A stretch of DNA of 64,000 bases from positions 87,482,001 through 87,546,000 of the forward strand of contig OZ024743.1 in NCBI GenBank assembly GCA_964016885.1, read 5' to 3'. Source of the stretch: Eledone cirrhosa (lineage: Eukaryota). Numbering within the stretch: the stretch's first letter is position 1; the number at the start of each line of letters is the position of its first letter. The notes under the pieces were generated by a model that ran no database searches, was not told the DNA's origin, and worked only from the letters and a program-made list of their open reading frames with translations. This document shows positions 12,150 through 28,593 of the stretch, piece after piece. Position numbers and translations under genes: made by a program.

Positions 12150-12535
12150 CCCCCCTCTCGATTCTAGGAGAAGGAAAACTCTGATATAACACCTGCAACC
12201 CTGATGGTATCCAATGATGTTGACTTGTCCTTCTTTTTGGTAAATATCATCTTGGTTAAGAGAGTGGGACTGGCTTTGTGCAGTGCCTTTGCTCACTATA
12301 AAAGCTTCACGGCACAGGAATTGCTTTATATCTGGAGATCTCTCTGCACTTGTCGTCACATGGTACCATGGGCCCAGCACTATGTGTCAATAATTGTCAC
12401 AAGTGTAGTGTTTGTACCAGAGTTTTCAAGTCGCTGGCTGGACTAAAATGTCACACTCGTTCAGCGCATCGGTAGGGGTTCTCCTACATGGATATAAAGT
12501 AGTGGCCGTACTCGAAAACGAGTTGGCAGCCACCA
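12150..12535 (+). mobile_element. RTE-clade LINE 3' remnant
   Basis: Terminal C2H2 motif [22 protein letters not shown] and 3' stem-loop actcg-aaaa-cgagt before (TA)n. Confidence 0.65.
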
Positions 12536-12770
12536 TATATGTATATATATATATATATATATGAATATATATAAATATATGTATATATGTATATGTATAT
12601 ATATATATGTATATATATATATGTATGTATGTATATATATATGTGTGTATGTATATATGTATATATAAATATGTATATGTGTATATATATATGTATATAT
12701 ATATATATGTATATATGTATATATATATATATATTTATATGTATATATATATATGTGTATATATTTGTGT
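12536..12770. repeat. Degenerate (TA)n/(TATG)n microsatellite (representative of dozens in the window)
   Basis: Direct reading. Confidence 0.97.
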
Positions 12771-13206
12771 CTGTGGTTCTATCTATCTATCTATCTATTT
12801 CTCTCTATATATAAAGAAATATATCTACCCAAATAAAGAAATATATATATATATATATTTGTTGGGAGTGGGGTTGGTGAATGAAATTCAAATATGTCAA
12901 ATATGTCTATTTAACATATTGTTTGAATGTAAAATAATATTATTCCATCTATATTTTGTGTCATCATACGGTAAGTTGACTGATGCCTGTTAGATAGCGA
13001 GTAGATAGGAAGCTGTAATGTATTCAGATATTGTTGTTAATAGATTCAGTAAAATGGCAGAGATGTGGTAAAAATCTGACGTTGGTGATCTGTTTTATTA
13101 TAATGATATTTATTACATATATGAACACAGAGAAGGACAAACAGGGTTATCGAGTTAAACAAGAAATAAAACAGGATTTCCTTAACCATGAAGCTGTGTA
13201 TATATG

Positions 13207-13251
<45 letters not shown>

Positions 13252-13365
13252 TAGAAACGATCGCAAAATGATGAATATTTTAATATAATGAACTTGTTCT
13301 TTGTTTTTATTCATTGTTTTTATTAATTTATATATATATATCGGGGTCCTGAATCTATTCATATA

Positions 13366-13404
<39 letters not shown>

Positions 13405-13531
13405 TATCTGGAAATTCCTCTCTCTCTCTTCATATATACATATATGTATATATACTTCCTGACATAAATGTGAGTGAGAGTGCGTGTATATACATAGGAA
13501 TGTATGTATATATATATAGAGAGAGAGAGAT

Positions 13532-14057
<526 letters not shown>

Positions 14058-14293
14058 CATTTTGGTAAGCTATCATCAGATAAAATATAAATTGTCTTAT
14101 AAATATTTGACATGACCAAGGATAATATACCTTTTACTCCAGAAACTGTCGAGTGCTCTGAATCAGTTATAAACATCTATATTTGTTGGATTTCCAACAA
14201 ATTAAATATCTCTTCTACATAATACATATATATATATATATATACACACACATATATATATATATATATATACACACACATATATATATATAG

Positions 14294-14324
<31 letters not shown>

Positions 14325-14345
14325 CACACACATATATATATATAG

Positions 14346-14417
<72 letters not shown>

Positions 14418-16292
14418 AAAGAGTGAAGTATAACGTGGTCGACTGTACAATGGGGTTTATTTAAAGTATTGGATTACCTTAAACGATATTTTGTTATCTT
14501 ATATATAACAAGATATCGTTTAAGGTACATACATCCTATGTATATACACGCACTCTCCCTCACATATATGTCAGGAAGTATATATACATATGTGTATATA
14601 TGAAGAGAGAGACGGATTGCCAGATAGATAGATAGATATATTTCTTTATTAGCCACAGGGGCACAAAAGAAGGGGACAAATACATAGATAGATAGATGTA
14701 CAGACATTTGTATTGTATTTTACCATGTATTAGGAATATTTCTGCGTCCAAATCTGCATAAATGAATATTTCTAATTGATGTTTTTTCGAACGTTCCAAC
14801 ATAAAACATTTAGACTATCAAGAAAATCGTCATATAAATTATGTGTGCCGTGTGGTAGGATTAATATTGGTCAAAGGAATTATTTTGGAAAAAACAAAAT
14901 GTAATGACAAAGCAACATATACAACAAACTAAGTTAAAGAACTGTTTAGAGCACACATACCTGGAGATGAAGGCATTCTCTCAAATTTCTGCTTGAATTG
15001 TTTATAATACAAAAGATAAGGCCAAATATTGCATTAGAAGAAATTTCTTGTAGATTTGTTCATATTTATTTTTCTTTTTGGCTTTTTTTAAAGAACAGAT
15101 TTAGGAATCCCTTCTGTCGGCAATAGAATCCAGTCTCTTTCTCGCTGACTGCCTGTCTATTTGAATGTGTGTGTGTCCGTCTGATTATTGCGACAAAGAG
15201 ACACCGCCCCGCCCTAAGCATAGAGCCTATCACCCTTCCCCTTCCCCTCCCTTTCTTCCGTAGCCTAATAGTCCTTGCTTTTCCCTCCTTTTACTCTCAT
15301 TTATGGCATTTATAGCCCTTTCCTCTACTTCCCTACACAGTCAGATTTGTCCTTCTTTACCTCTTCTGCCTCTGTTCGTTGCTTGGTTTTGTTTTTATCT
15401 TTTTATATCGCCATCAATATTTATAATGTTTTTTGTTATACAACTGTGAATAAAAACACTAGTTGCAGTGTATATTTCGACAGAGATGTTAGAACGAAAC
15501 ACTACGAAAATCCTTGTACGTACTTATATATATATGTATATATTGTTGAATATTCTAGGAATTATATATGGATGGATATATTTTCTCTGTTAACCCAAAT
15601 AAACGATTTGTTGCCAAATATCAAGGAACTATATTCCAGGGGACTATATTCATTGACTTTCGAAATCAGTGATGGTAAAGCAGCCAAGAATGTTTGTGAG
15701 TTGTCTGCTTGCATTTTCATTGGTTAATCAGGTCACATGACAGAGGAATTCAATATTACCAAGTATTTTTTTTATTTTGCAATAATTTTCTTCACACACA
15801 CACGCATGCACACTCATACACACCCACACACGCGCGCACACACACACATGTACACGCACGCGCACATATATATATATAGAGAGAGAGACACAAGCATATT
15901 TTTACGCATATGCATATCTACATAAATATGTATGTATATATATTTATATATATGTGTGTAATTATATGTATATATATATGAAGAGAGAGAGAGTGTGTGT
16001 GTGTGGGAGAGAGAGGCATAGGGGAGTCTCTGTGGTGCTCCGAGGAGACGATTAATCATATATATATATATATATTAGCAAGTTGGGGCCGGACGGCTGA
16101 GCCCTTACCGTTTCAAATAAGGATATATTAGGGTGTTTATTTATCATACACCCGCCAAAATAAATCAAGGTGATAAATACATTCCATCTCTCCTTGACAA
16201 TTCTTCCATCTCACCCATCCCCACATATGTAATGAAACATACAGAGACAAGCACATGCGCGCACACTCACATACATAAACATGCTTGCGCCG

Positions 16293-17741
<1,449 letters not shown>

Positions 17742-18040
17742 AAACATAATCAATTCATTCTAAAACTTTTCTTTAACATCCTATAAAGAACCTTTACCCA
17801 TATATTAACAAGCTAAGCCTCTAATGAAACGGCCAGTTGACCAAACGCTGTCTGGAACTAGCTGTTAAAACAGCAAGAGCTCAGCCATCGGGCCCCGATT
17901 CTTTCTAATATAGTCATACTCTACTATCCCAAGTATCGAGTACTCTGTTGAATAATGGTCTAACTAGTTTAAAACAGAGTTCAATCCTGAAATATATGTT
18001 GAATAATGGTCTAACTAGTTTAAAACAGAGTTCAATCCTG

Positions 18041-18077
<37 letters not shown>

Positions 18078-18124
18078 TAAAAATATGAGAGAGCAAGGGA
18101 AGGAAATAAAGATGTAAATATATG

Positions 18125-18158
<34 letters not shown>

Positions 18159-19426
18159 CTAGCATTAAAGCCCGGCGTTGCTCGGGGTCAGTAAGTTACC
18201 AAAGTTAGGTTGCACCACCCATTTTATGGCAGCACTTTTTTGTCTGCCAGGCACTGGGTGAATCAATTGCAGACCTGGGCTGCCGATGCAAGAGCTGCGC
18301 CAGCAGTGACAATTGTAGTTTCGCCTATGGATATTATCTCTGTGGAAAGAAGAGTTGAAATTTATTGTTTCACAGTACTTGCGCAACACGCGCGTAGACG
18401 ATGCCAGCCGAACAACAGAGCTGCGATGGAATTGTTCTGCATGGTTGTCTAATGTGTGTTTTCTAAATTTAAGACAGTAGGGAGGGGGTGTGATATGGGG
18501 GAGAGAGTTAGCTGCTGTTTCTAGCAGGTTTAGTGACCTCATAGAGGATATGTGTTTTCTAAATTTAAGACAGTAGGGAGTGGTGTGATATGGGGAGAGT
18601 TAGCTTCTGTTTCTAGCAGGTTTAGTGATCTCACAGAGGATATGTTTTCTAAATTTAAGACAGTAGGGAGTGGTGTGATATGGAGGAGAGTTAGCTGCTG
18701 TTTCTAGCAGGTTTAGTGACCTCACAGAGGATATGTTTTCTAAAATTAAGACAGTAGGGAGTGGTGTGATATGGGGGAGAGTTAGCTGCTGTTTCTAGCA
18801 GGTTTAGTGACCTCAAAGAGGATATGTTTTCTAAATTTAAGACAGTAGGGAGTGGTGTGATATGGGGGAGAGTTAGCTGCTGTTTCTAGCAGGTTTAGTG
18901 ACCTCATAGAGTATATTATTGTGTATAGTAAATAAACTGATACTTCTTTCTTCCACGTTCGTTGAGAGGTTTTAAAAAAGATTTATCGCTATTTTTTTGG
19001 TTGCTGTTGAATAATTGTTGTTTCGTATGAAATGTAATAAGTTCTCTTTTTCATTGAAGTAAATAAATGTTTGACCGTTCCACACTCAAAAACAAACGTT
19101 CTCTCTCTCTCTCCCCCCGCTCTCTCTTCGGCGTTCCTAAAGGAAGTTTGTAAGCATGTATGTAGTTTTATTGAATTTTAAGGGGAGTAGAGAGAGGTAA
19201 TCAGATTCTATTAGAGGGAGTAAAGCGTCATGTATTTAGATTTATCGATTATTTCCGTAATTGTGGGAGAGTGTGAATGAAATAAATAGTTGTTGACCTA
19301 AGTTAGGCCATTTACAACATTCTTACAGACTTTGAGTCGAATCGGTTTGAAATTGTGTAAATGTATAAACATGGAACATGCACACACACACAACAACAAC
19401 AACAACAACAATCTGGCTTTTATAGA
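18159..19426 (-). mobile_element. Non-autonomous Helitron (duplicate of 2443-3706)
   Basis: Same termini and 91-bp array. Confidence 0.85.
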
Positions 19427-19915
19427 TAATGATATATATATACATATAAATATATATCCAGGGAGTGTAACTTGGAGTTACTGTAGGTTCACCCGGGTGA
19501 GCACTCGATGTTTAGGTTCACTTCAGTGTCGAGTATAGTGAAAAGATAACAAGGACGATTGGTTACTCCTTCATTACATTTATTGGTTGGTGACGCGCGT
19601 TTCGCCACTGATCAGCTCAAGGTTCGATCTGTATCGATCTTACTCGACTCTGTAATCTGCGGCTCGTCGGACCCCTTGTAATGCTAGTAGAAAATGACAA
19701 AGGGTCCGACGAGCCGCAGATTAGAGAGTCGGGTAAGATCGATACAGATCGAACCTTGAGCTGATCAGTTGCGAAACGCGCGTCACTAACCAATAAATGT
19801 AATGAAGGAGTAACCAATCGTCCTTGTTATCTTTTCACTATACACATATATATATAGTAATAATAATAATAATAAATTTGAAGCAGCGATTCTTTGCTTA
19901 AACTTTAATCTGTTA

Positions 19916-19993
<78 letters not shown>

Positions 19994-21785
19994 ATGTATA
20001 ATAAACAATCTCTATATATTATTCTATGTACTATACATGCACCTTTGATGAGTTGTAGTGCACCTGAGCACTGTACACAATAATTTCATTATTATTATAT
20101 TATTATATATAAAACTGAGGTTGTCTGTCTACTAAAATCTTCGGCACACATCTCCTCCTAAACCGTACGTTCAAATTTTGGTGAAATTGCTACACTCATA
20201 GATAACCGTCCGGCGGAGATATCAGTCAAAAAGATTTTCAAATCGACCCACGCCAAGTGCAAAAATCGAATTTGTAATGTATTGATTTTTCAGTTCAAAT
20301 GTATAAATTGAGATGAGAGACGAGTTATTTCCCTTTTATGGCGACATTTGCTTATCTCTTTATGTTACGTATAAAAGGACGCGGTGGACCGAGAAGAACA
20401 ACTTCATGCAAAGACAAGACCAAGTTTATGGTGGAAATGGAGTCCTTAGACTAATATTCTATTTAAAATAACCGAATGATTTCCAGCCCCGGAGTTTAAG
20501 AATGATGTAAATAAAATTGTAAACGAAAATGACAGGTTATTAAAATAGTTGTTTCTACTTTTGGTACAAAGCCAGCAATTACTCAGTACATTACTGGTAC
20601 TTTATTTTATCGACCCCGTAAGGATGAGAGGCAAATTTAACCTCGACGGGATTTTAAATTTGCCTTAACATAGTAAAGGTAAATAGTGAAGATTTAGGCC
20701 AGTACATACGTATGCGCCGACGAACATACACATACATATACATACGCACACACAAATACATACATACACACACGCACACACACACGTGCATTTCTACAGT
20801 ATTTTCACCAAACTTAAGACATAGGTTACTTATGTACTCCGGATCGTCATGGGCACTTTCATTTCCCCAGATATTGATTATAGGGCCTCCCGGCAGATAA
20901 CCCCTTTAACCACTTTCTTGGAGTCGACTGAAGCACTGCAGTGCAATGCAAAAAAACGTCATAACTTCTGGAGTTCGCAACCGATTTTCACAAAACTTGA
21001 CACATGGGCTACGTTTGTTCTACAGATGAATGTGAACTCTCAGAATTGGCACATATTGAGTAGGGGACCCCTGGAGGCAGGAACCCCCTTTTGGAAAAAA
21101 GCCGATGATTTTGTAAAAGTATAGTTTTCGAATCAGAACTGAAGTATTGACATAAATGATATACATAACTGCTATTTAATACCCGAGCAACGCCGGGTAC
21201 CTCTGCTAATACAATATAATTACCTCATTACCAGAGGTGTCCCGAATAAGACAGATACAAGAAACGTCCGCATTCGTTCGTCAGACAAGGCAATTTAAAC
21301 ATAATGAGATATTTGAAAAATCTCCTCAAAAAAGGCTAAAAAGGTTTAACGGGCAAAAAATAAATAAAAGTAATAATACAAAAAATGTATAAAAAATAAA
21401 AATAAAGAAATATAGTAAGGAGATGTGTGTAAATGTGTGTATATGCACATACATATGTACATATGTACATGTGTGTGTATGTACAACTGCATGTGTATAG
21501 TGAAAAAATGTGTGCGTAAGTACATACATGAGGGCAAACATAGTGCATGTGTGACCACAAATACATATATATATATGTTGAAAATAGAAATTGTAAGATA
21601 ATGAAGTTAGCGTAATACAGACTCAGGGACTAGGGGCTGAAATATATACACATACAAGGATAAAAGGACGCACGCATATAAACATATACACACGCAATTG
21701 TATTGTTTATTATACATTAAATATTTAGCTCTGTAACTTACATAGAGCACTCTTCATTCCTCTGACTTTTTCAACGGAAACTTCA

Positions 21786-21819
<34 letters not shown>

Positions 21820-21878
21820 GTATTATGTATACACGTATATATAAATATATATATACACTCACACATATATATGCATGC

Positions 21879-21985
<107 letters not shown>

Positions 21986-22449
21986 CGTACTAATTCGTAT
22001 ACAAATGAAACTTCTTTATTGATCCCTGAATACATAAAATGTAATGCCGACTCCATTGGGAGTCGAACTTGAAATAGCGGGAGCGTAAATGAAGTAGAAT
22101 TAATGCATCCAACATGCCGTTTTGCTGCTTTACCTATACCCAGTAGTATAATAATAGTTCTTCCTAACATTGGCACAGGACCATCAATTTGGGAGTTGGG
22201 TAAATTCGATTGAATCATCCCATATACATAAGCTTTAAAACTATGTTTACGCCTATTTGTTTTCCAGTATGAAGCGAGGTAAAGCATGCGATACTTTGAC
22301 AACGGTTGTCGGTAACTTTCCCCTTGCTTCTGCTGGAACTCGGTAGGTGGCGTCAGCTGCCAACTTTCAAATTCATAGCTAAAGGCTTTCAAACATTTTA
22401 TTCGTAAACATATCGTTTATTATTCGATATACAAACTTTACATACATAT

Positions 22450-22495
<46 letters not shown>

Positions 22496-24139
22496 CAAAG
22501 AGAAGTGTGTTACACAGTGAGATGTGTGTAAAGAATTATTACAAGTGAGTTTTACCGTTACTGTATAGAGAACAATATCTACAGGTTTAGCAATTAAATA
22601 GAAAAAAAACTAAGTCAGAATCAAATCTCTGAATTAGAGTTTTAAATTACCAACCTTATAACTATAAGTTTGCTGATACGAATCTCGCTTCGTTTCACCA
22701 CTGATATGTGTAGTATAACAGGCCACAGGATCCTCAGTCAGCAAATGTGGACACTGTTCACGACACATCTAACCTCATGGATGCTGCCCAGAGTAGGACG
22801 AAATCACGTGTTATTTGTATCAAATAACGGCTCTCATGGATTGGGGAAAATGCTAGAGAGAGCAGCCCAACCATTCGAATTTATTAGCTCAACAATTTGG
22901 AGCTCGTTAAGTATACACTGTGTAACACACTTCTCTTTGTGTAATATATTTGCATTTGAGCTCAGAAGGAAATTCTCTATTCTTATTTGAGCTAATACTA
23001 TTATTATTATTACAGTGAACTGCGGATGGGGAGGGTCATATTTGTGTAATATTGCCAGAATTAATAACAGAACACACTCACTGTTTGGTTGGTTTTCGTT
23101 TTTCGCTTCTGTGTCTTTTATATCGGTTAATTTAATTTATTGACTGACCAACGGTCAAAAATACAGATACAATATAGACACAAACACATATATATAGTCT
23201 ATCAAAGTTCTTTCGTTGCACATCCGCAACACCGTCAGTGGTGCTATTGTTTCCTCCCGTTACATTGTATGTCTACGCCATCTTTATTTAGTCTGTTTCT
23301 ATATTTATTTATTGATTTATATTTTTTTTTGTCTTCTTTGCGCATGCGTTTGCGTGTGTGTATAGTGTTTTGTTTGATGTGTGTTCGTGTTTGGGTGACT
23401 GTGTATTGGTTAATGTATTCTATCTTTACTAGTGTGTGTTTATATGTGTTTGTTGTTATTGTGCTTGTGTATGTATTTATTTATTTATTTATTTATTTAT
23501 TTATACTTCTATTAGGTCAGTGTTTTTTGTTTGGGTGTGGTTGTTATTCCATTCACTTTTTCTGTTTAGCCTTGGCCTTCTAAGTTCTATTTCACTGGCC
23601 TCTCTGATTTGCCTATCTACCGAGTCATATCTATGTTTAGATATTATTCTAATTTCTATGGTGTCTGTGTTACCGCCGTGTTGTTTGGCAAGTTCGTATA
23701 GTATATGTATATAAAATAGAGGTGTGACACACGCGTTGTGATATATTAGTAAAAAAGGAAAAGAAAATGCTGACAGATTTTTTCCAGTGAAAAATAGTTT
23801 AATTAGGAATAAGTATAAATTAGTAATAAGTAATGGTTAGTATTCAATGTTAGTTTTAACGGTTGCGCATTTCAAATGCTTTTCAAACATAATTTTGAGA
23901 TACTAACCATTACTTATTACTAATTTATACTTATTCCTAATTAAACTATTTTTCACTGGAAAAAATCTGTCAGCATTTTCTTTTCCTTTTTACTAATATA
24001 TATATATATATATATAGCGAGGGAAAAGTGGTAAGGAACCAGGTGGACCATAACGCACCAAAGTACTCAATACTTAGGGTAGTAGAGTGGGTAATAGGAG
24101 TAAGTAAGACCCCGACGGCTGAGCTCAAGCCTATTTACT

Positions 24140-24215
<76 letters not shown>

Positions 24216-26006
24216 TATAGCCAGGGCCCCGACGGCTGAACTCCGGCCGAACGTTCGGATCTAGCTGTCGAAACGGCCAGAGTTCAGCCGTCGGGGTCCT
24301 GACTCTTTTCCTATTACCCACTTTACTACCCTAAATATTGAGTACTTGTGTGTATATATATATATATATATAAAAATCAGGATGGATTCAGCTTGAAACT
24401 GGTTAGACTATTACTCACCAGAGTACTCGATACTTGGGATAGTAGAGTATGGTTATATTATAAAGAGTCGAGACCCCGACGCCTGAGCTCTTGCCGTTTC
24501 AAAACATCCAACTCCAGACAGCTCAGTCGTCAGGGTCCCGACTCTTTATTGTATATATGTGTGTGGTGGTGGTGGTGGTGGTGGTGGTGGTGGTGGTGGT
24601 GGTGGGGGGGGTATGATGATCAGCATTATCATCTCCATCACATCATTTTACGTCGGCTTTTCCATGCTAGCTTCGGTTGGACGAGTTATTTCCAGCACAG
24701 CCTCCTTCCATTCACAGCTTTACTTCGTCATCTCCTACATGAGATCAGCTCTCACCACTTCTGCCCCAAATGTTCTCAGTCTTACTCTTCTACAGCTTCC
24801 TTCCACTGGCATCGTTTGACACTTGTTCATCCTTCAGTCCCGGAGCCAGAGTTATGATAGGAGAACCAGTGCAGAGGGGAGTAGTGGTAGCTAGATGTTT
24901 TCTTGTGTGTGAGAGTGAAGTGAAAGAGAGGAGGAGAGAGAGCGAGGGAGAGAGAGAGGGGGAGAAAGGGAGAGAGAGGGTCGGCGAGGAGGTGGTAGTA
25001 ACAGAGACAAGCAAAAGGGAAAGAGAGAGTGAGAAAGAGAAAGAGAAAGAGAAAGAGAAAGAGAGAGAAGAATGGTAACAGAGATGAGGTGAAGGGGAAA
25101 TAGAAAGGGAGAGAAAGAGAGAGGGGTAGAGAGAGAGAGAGAGAAAGAGTGGGATAGAGAGAAAGAGTGAAAGAGAGAGAAAGAGTGAGGGGTAGGGAGA
25201 GAGAGAAATAGTGAGACAGAGAGAGAGGCTTGGGGCGGAGAAGTAGAGGGATATGGTTGGTGGCCGGGAAAAAACTGAATGCTTCTTCTACCTCATTTTC
25301 TTTTTCTTCTTCTTCTTTTTCTTCTTCTTTTTCTTCTTTTTCTTCTTTTTCTTCTTTTTCTTCTTTTTCTTCTTTGTCTTCTTTTTCTTCTTTTTCCTCT
25401 TCCTCTTTTTTCTTCTTCCTCTTTCTTCTTCTTCTTCTTCTTCTTCTCCGCTCATTTGTTCCTGAGAGGGTCGTGGGGGAAGAGTCCTCAAACACTCTTT
25501 CCAGCGGGTCCAGCCAGAAGCAACCATCTCCAACTGATCCGACTGGACCAGCCAACCATCTTGCTCGGGGTCTACCCGTGGGTCTCCTGCCAGCTGGTTT
25601 TGCCCGTAATACTGACGAATCTAATTGTGTCCCTCGTTACCCCAGGGATGGCATGGTGTAATAAATAGGAAAGTGTGTGAGTGAACATGAGAGATGAGAA
25701 GGGCAGACAAACACAATCTCAACCCTGGCTACAACTCCCTCCCCGTTAATTACACCCACCCACCCACTCGCTGTTTCCAATTCCACCTGCTTACAACTCT
25801 CCCCCCCCCCCCGCTTATTCCGACCACCCCTGCTTATTGCAACTCTCCCCGCTTATTCCACCCAACCAGCTTATTCCAACTCCCCCCGCCTATTCCAACA
25901 CCCCCGCTTATTCCAGCCACCCTCAATTATCACCCCCCCCCCTTATTCCACCACCTCCTCTGCTTACCCCTCCTCCCCTTATTATATGAGACCCGAGAGT
26001 ATAAGA

Positions 26007-27607
26007 TAATAAACAGTAAGTCACCATTATGTAAGGATTGAGTGAGAAGGGTTGAAACAACAATTAGGAGCACTTGAGTGGTTATATTAGATATAACGAT
26101 GCTGCCCGAGTCAAGCACACAGTGGGATCGACACCGAGACCTCATGATTGCCATGTGGAACATCTGACTGATAAAATGACAAGTCAATCATATTGGTGGC
26201 CTCCCCACAGCCCTGGCAGACAGAATGGAGAAGGCGTTTTCCTTGAGGACGGCAAGGGAGACGCGCTGGAAAAGCCATTCCAGCTCGCGAGGCTCACACC
26301 TGCGGCTGGCCAGCTCAGCGCCTACGGTGGTGAGTAGGGAGGTAGCCCTAGGGCCGAGGACACCATAAGTCTCCACTGCCAAGGGTACAACCGCAAACCG
26401 GTATTTGAGGAGTTTGGCCTTCTCAGCCCGGCGTGCAGCAGAACTTGGGTTAGTTGCAGACTGCACTAGGTTGCGGCTGGAGAAAGTGTCGGTGCAAGTG
26501 GCATCGCAGACGAAAGGTTTGCCACCGCGGAACGGGAAGATGGTCATGCCATCTGGCCTTTTGCCGTGCCCTCGGTCCAGCCCCACCGGCTTGAGCTGGG
26601 AAGGGAAGCCTGCAGCGTCCAAGCCATGCTTTATGACCTCATTGAGGGCAGCATGGCGTGGAAGGCGACCGGCACTGTGGCGACAAGAAAGCGGGTGGAG
26701 GCCGAAAGAGTCCACGGTGGATCCACAGCGACGTGGGTGTGGTACGTAGATCCGGAGGCTAAGCCTCAAGGAAACGCCGATGCGCAGGCTATTGTTATCC
26801 AGCTGCATGCCAGTGGAGAAGGAGGTCAAGGCATGGAGCCAGGTACCACTGTGGGGTTTGGAGGCCGCATGAAAACAGGCAAGGTGGTGCTGATCGAGCT
26901 GGCGCATGAGCCTGTCTGAAGCCAGGCTGCACTGGATGGCATCCCAAATGCTTTGGGGGGACTTGACGTCAGCAGGGGGAGAAGGAGGAGGGACGTCTAC
27001 TGGGCTAAGTCCCAGCCGGTCCCACGTCTCACAGGCGGCCTCACGTTCCCTGATCACAGAGGGTTCCAATGTGTTTTGGAGAACCCTGCTGACGAGGACG
27101 CGGCATGAGGTTACCGACGAAAGAAACGCCGGCAAAGCCAGTGAGATCCGCTGCTGTTCGGATACAAGTATCGAGGTCAGCGAGGAGAGATGCGTGGGTG
27201 TAGTACGGAGAGCTGCGAAGGGCATAGAGGAGCTTCGGCATGGCGAAGCAGTTCCTCAACAGAAAGAGAACTGGGTGGCCGTCGATCAAGCCCAGTCGGC
27301 TTGTGAGGGTCTGGAGTTGTTGGAGCCTGGACCTGATGGTGGAGCGGATGGCCGGCGGGTGGATCGGTGACCCGAGGATGAGGACATCCTCTTTGGAGGT
27401 CACCTGTACCTGGTGGAGAATGGACCGCACGTCCGAGAAGGCTGGCATCGTGGCTGACATTCAACATCTCCGACTTGGACGAGTTGGCCGATTCCCGCTA
27501 GGGCAGGAACCACCGATTGTATTCATGGCAGCCAGTCTCTACGGGCCCGCCCAACGTAGCATCATCCAGATACCAAACGTTGAGCGGGGCCGTGATACTC
27601 CGGGCAA
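26007..27607 (-). mobile_element. CRE-clade retrotransposon fragment, copy B (endonuclease frame open, 26188-27225)
   Basis: Same motifs; shares upstream frameshifts with A and C. Confidence 0.92.
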
Positions 27608-27616
27608 TGTGAATTG

Positions 27617-27794
27617 TTTCTACTTTTGGCACAAAGCCAGCAATTACTCCAGTGCATTACTGGTGCTTTATGTATCGACACCGTAAATGCAAAGCTAACC
27701 ACGGTAGGATTTGAACTCAGAACGTTAAGGGCCATAACTCTATGCTGCAAAGCACGGTGTTTGATGCTCTACCGATACTGCCAATCCGCCACCC
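27617..27794 (-). mobile_element. tRNA-derived SINE (full head); copy 46092-46269
   Basis: Minus strand: A-box-like TGGCAGTATCGG, B-box GAGTTCAAATCC, then family body. Confidence 0.85.
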
Positions 27795-27835
27795 TTATAT
27801 ATTAAATATGATGTTTTCCGATTATTCAAATTAGT

Positions 27836-28050
27836 GTTCGCTTTTTACGTGAAGATGCGTTCGTGAACGCGGCGCGTAAAACAAATTCGCATAATTCAAG
27901 TCTTATATTTCTGATAAATAACAAAATGAAAAACCACATGCGTTGTAGCGCGTTATTCGCGCAAAGTGAATACTTAATAATATTTTTTTACAAGAGGCGT
28001 TCAAGCGAATTCGCGTAGTTCAAGTTCGCGTAAAAAGCGATCAGACTGTA
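27836..28050. mobile_element. Tc1/mariner-pogo-type MITE remnant (copy ~46311-46525)
   Basis: Ends ...aaaagcgatcagactg|ta (CAGT-type terminus with TA); internal ttcgcg motifs. Confidence 0.5.
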
Positions 28051-28359
28051 CTTGTTTAAGAAGATTTAACAAAAAAAAAAAAAAAAAAAAACCTAGCCAA
28101 TACAAATACAGGGTGGTTGAGTCCCATTTTCATAGACAACATGTACGAATAATTGAGAGAGAAAGAAAGGGGTGTGGGGATGACAGAAAAAGAACTGGAA
28201 GGAAATAGAGGCAGGGATAAATAAATTAGTCATTATTAGACAATTATTTGTGACACACCTCACTACTAATCACAATGATTTTGAATATCCTGCATTTTTG
28301 TGAGCAAGTAATGAGGGATCGGTTACCAAATCTCCTTTCTACGCCGCACCACACCCTCT

Positions 28360-28392
<33 letters not shown>

Positions 28393-28555
28393 CCCCCTCT
28401 CTCTCTCGCTCTCTCTCTCTTTCTCTATGTATATATATATATGGATATTTTGCTCCTTATAACAGTCTTTCCTCTCTCTGTTTGGTTGAGCTCTTTTCTT
28501 TGAGTGGTTTCGGGCTGCCATTTCTAGCCGCTAGTGTGTTATCCTTTCTACATAT

Positions 28556-28592
<37 letters not shown>

Positions 28593-28593
<1 letters not shown>

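Noticed and set aside
27700-27794. Possible tRNA gene
   Set aside because: A/B boxes are present but there is no cloverleaf and it is fused to a repeated body: a SINE head.
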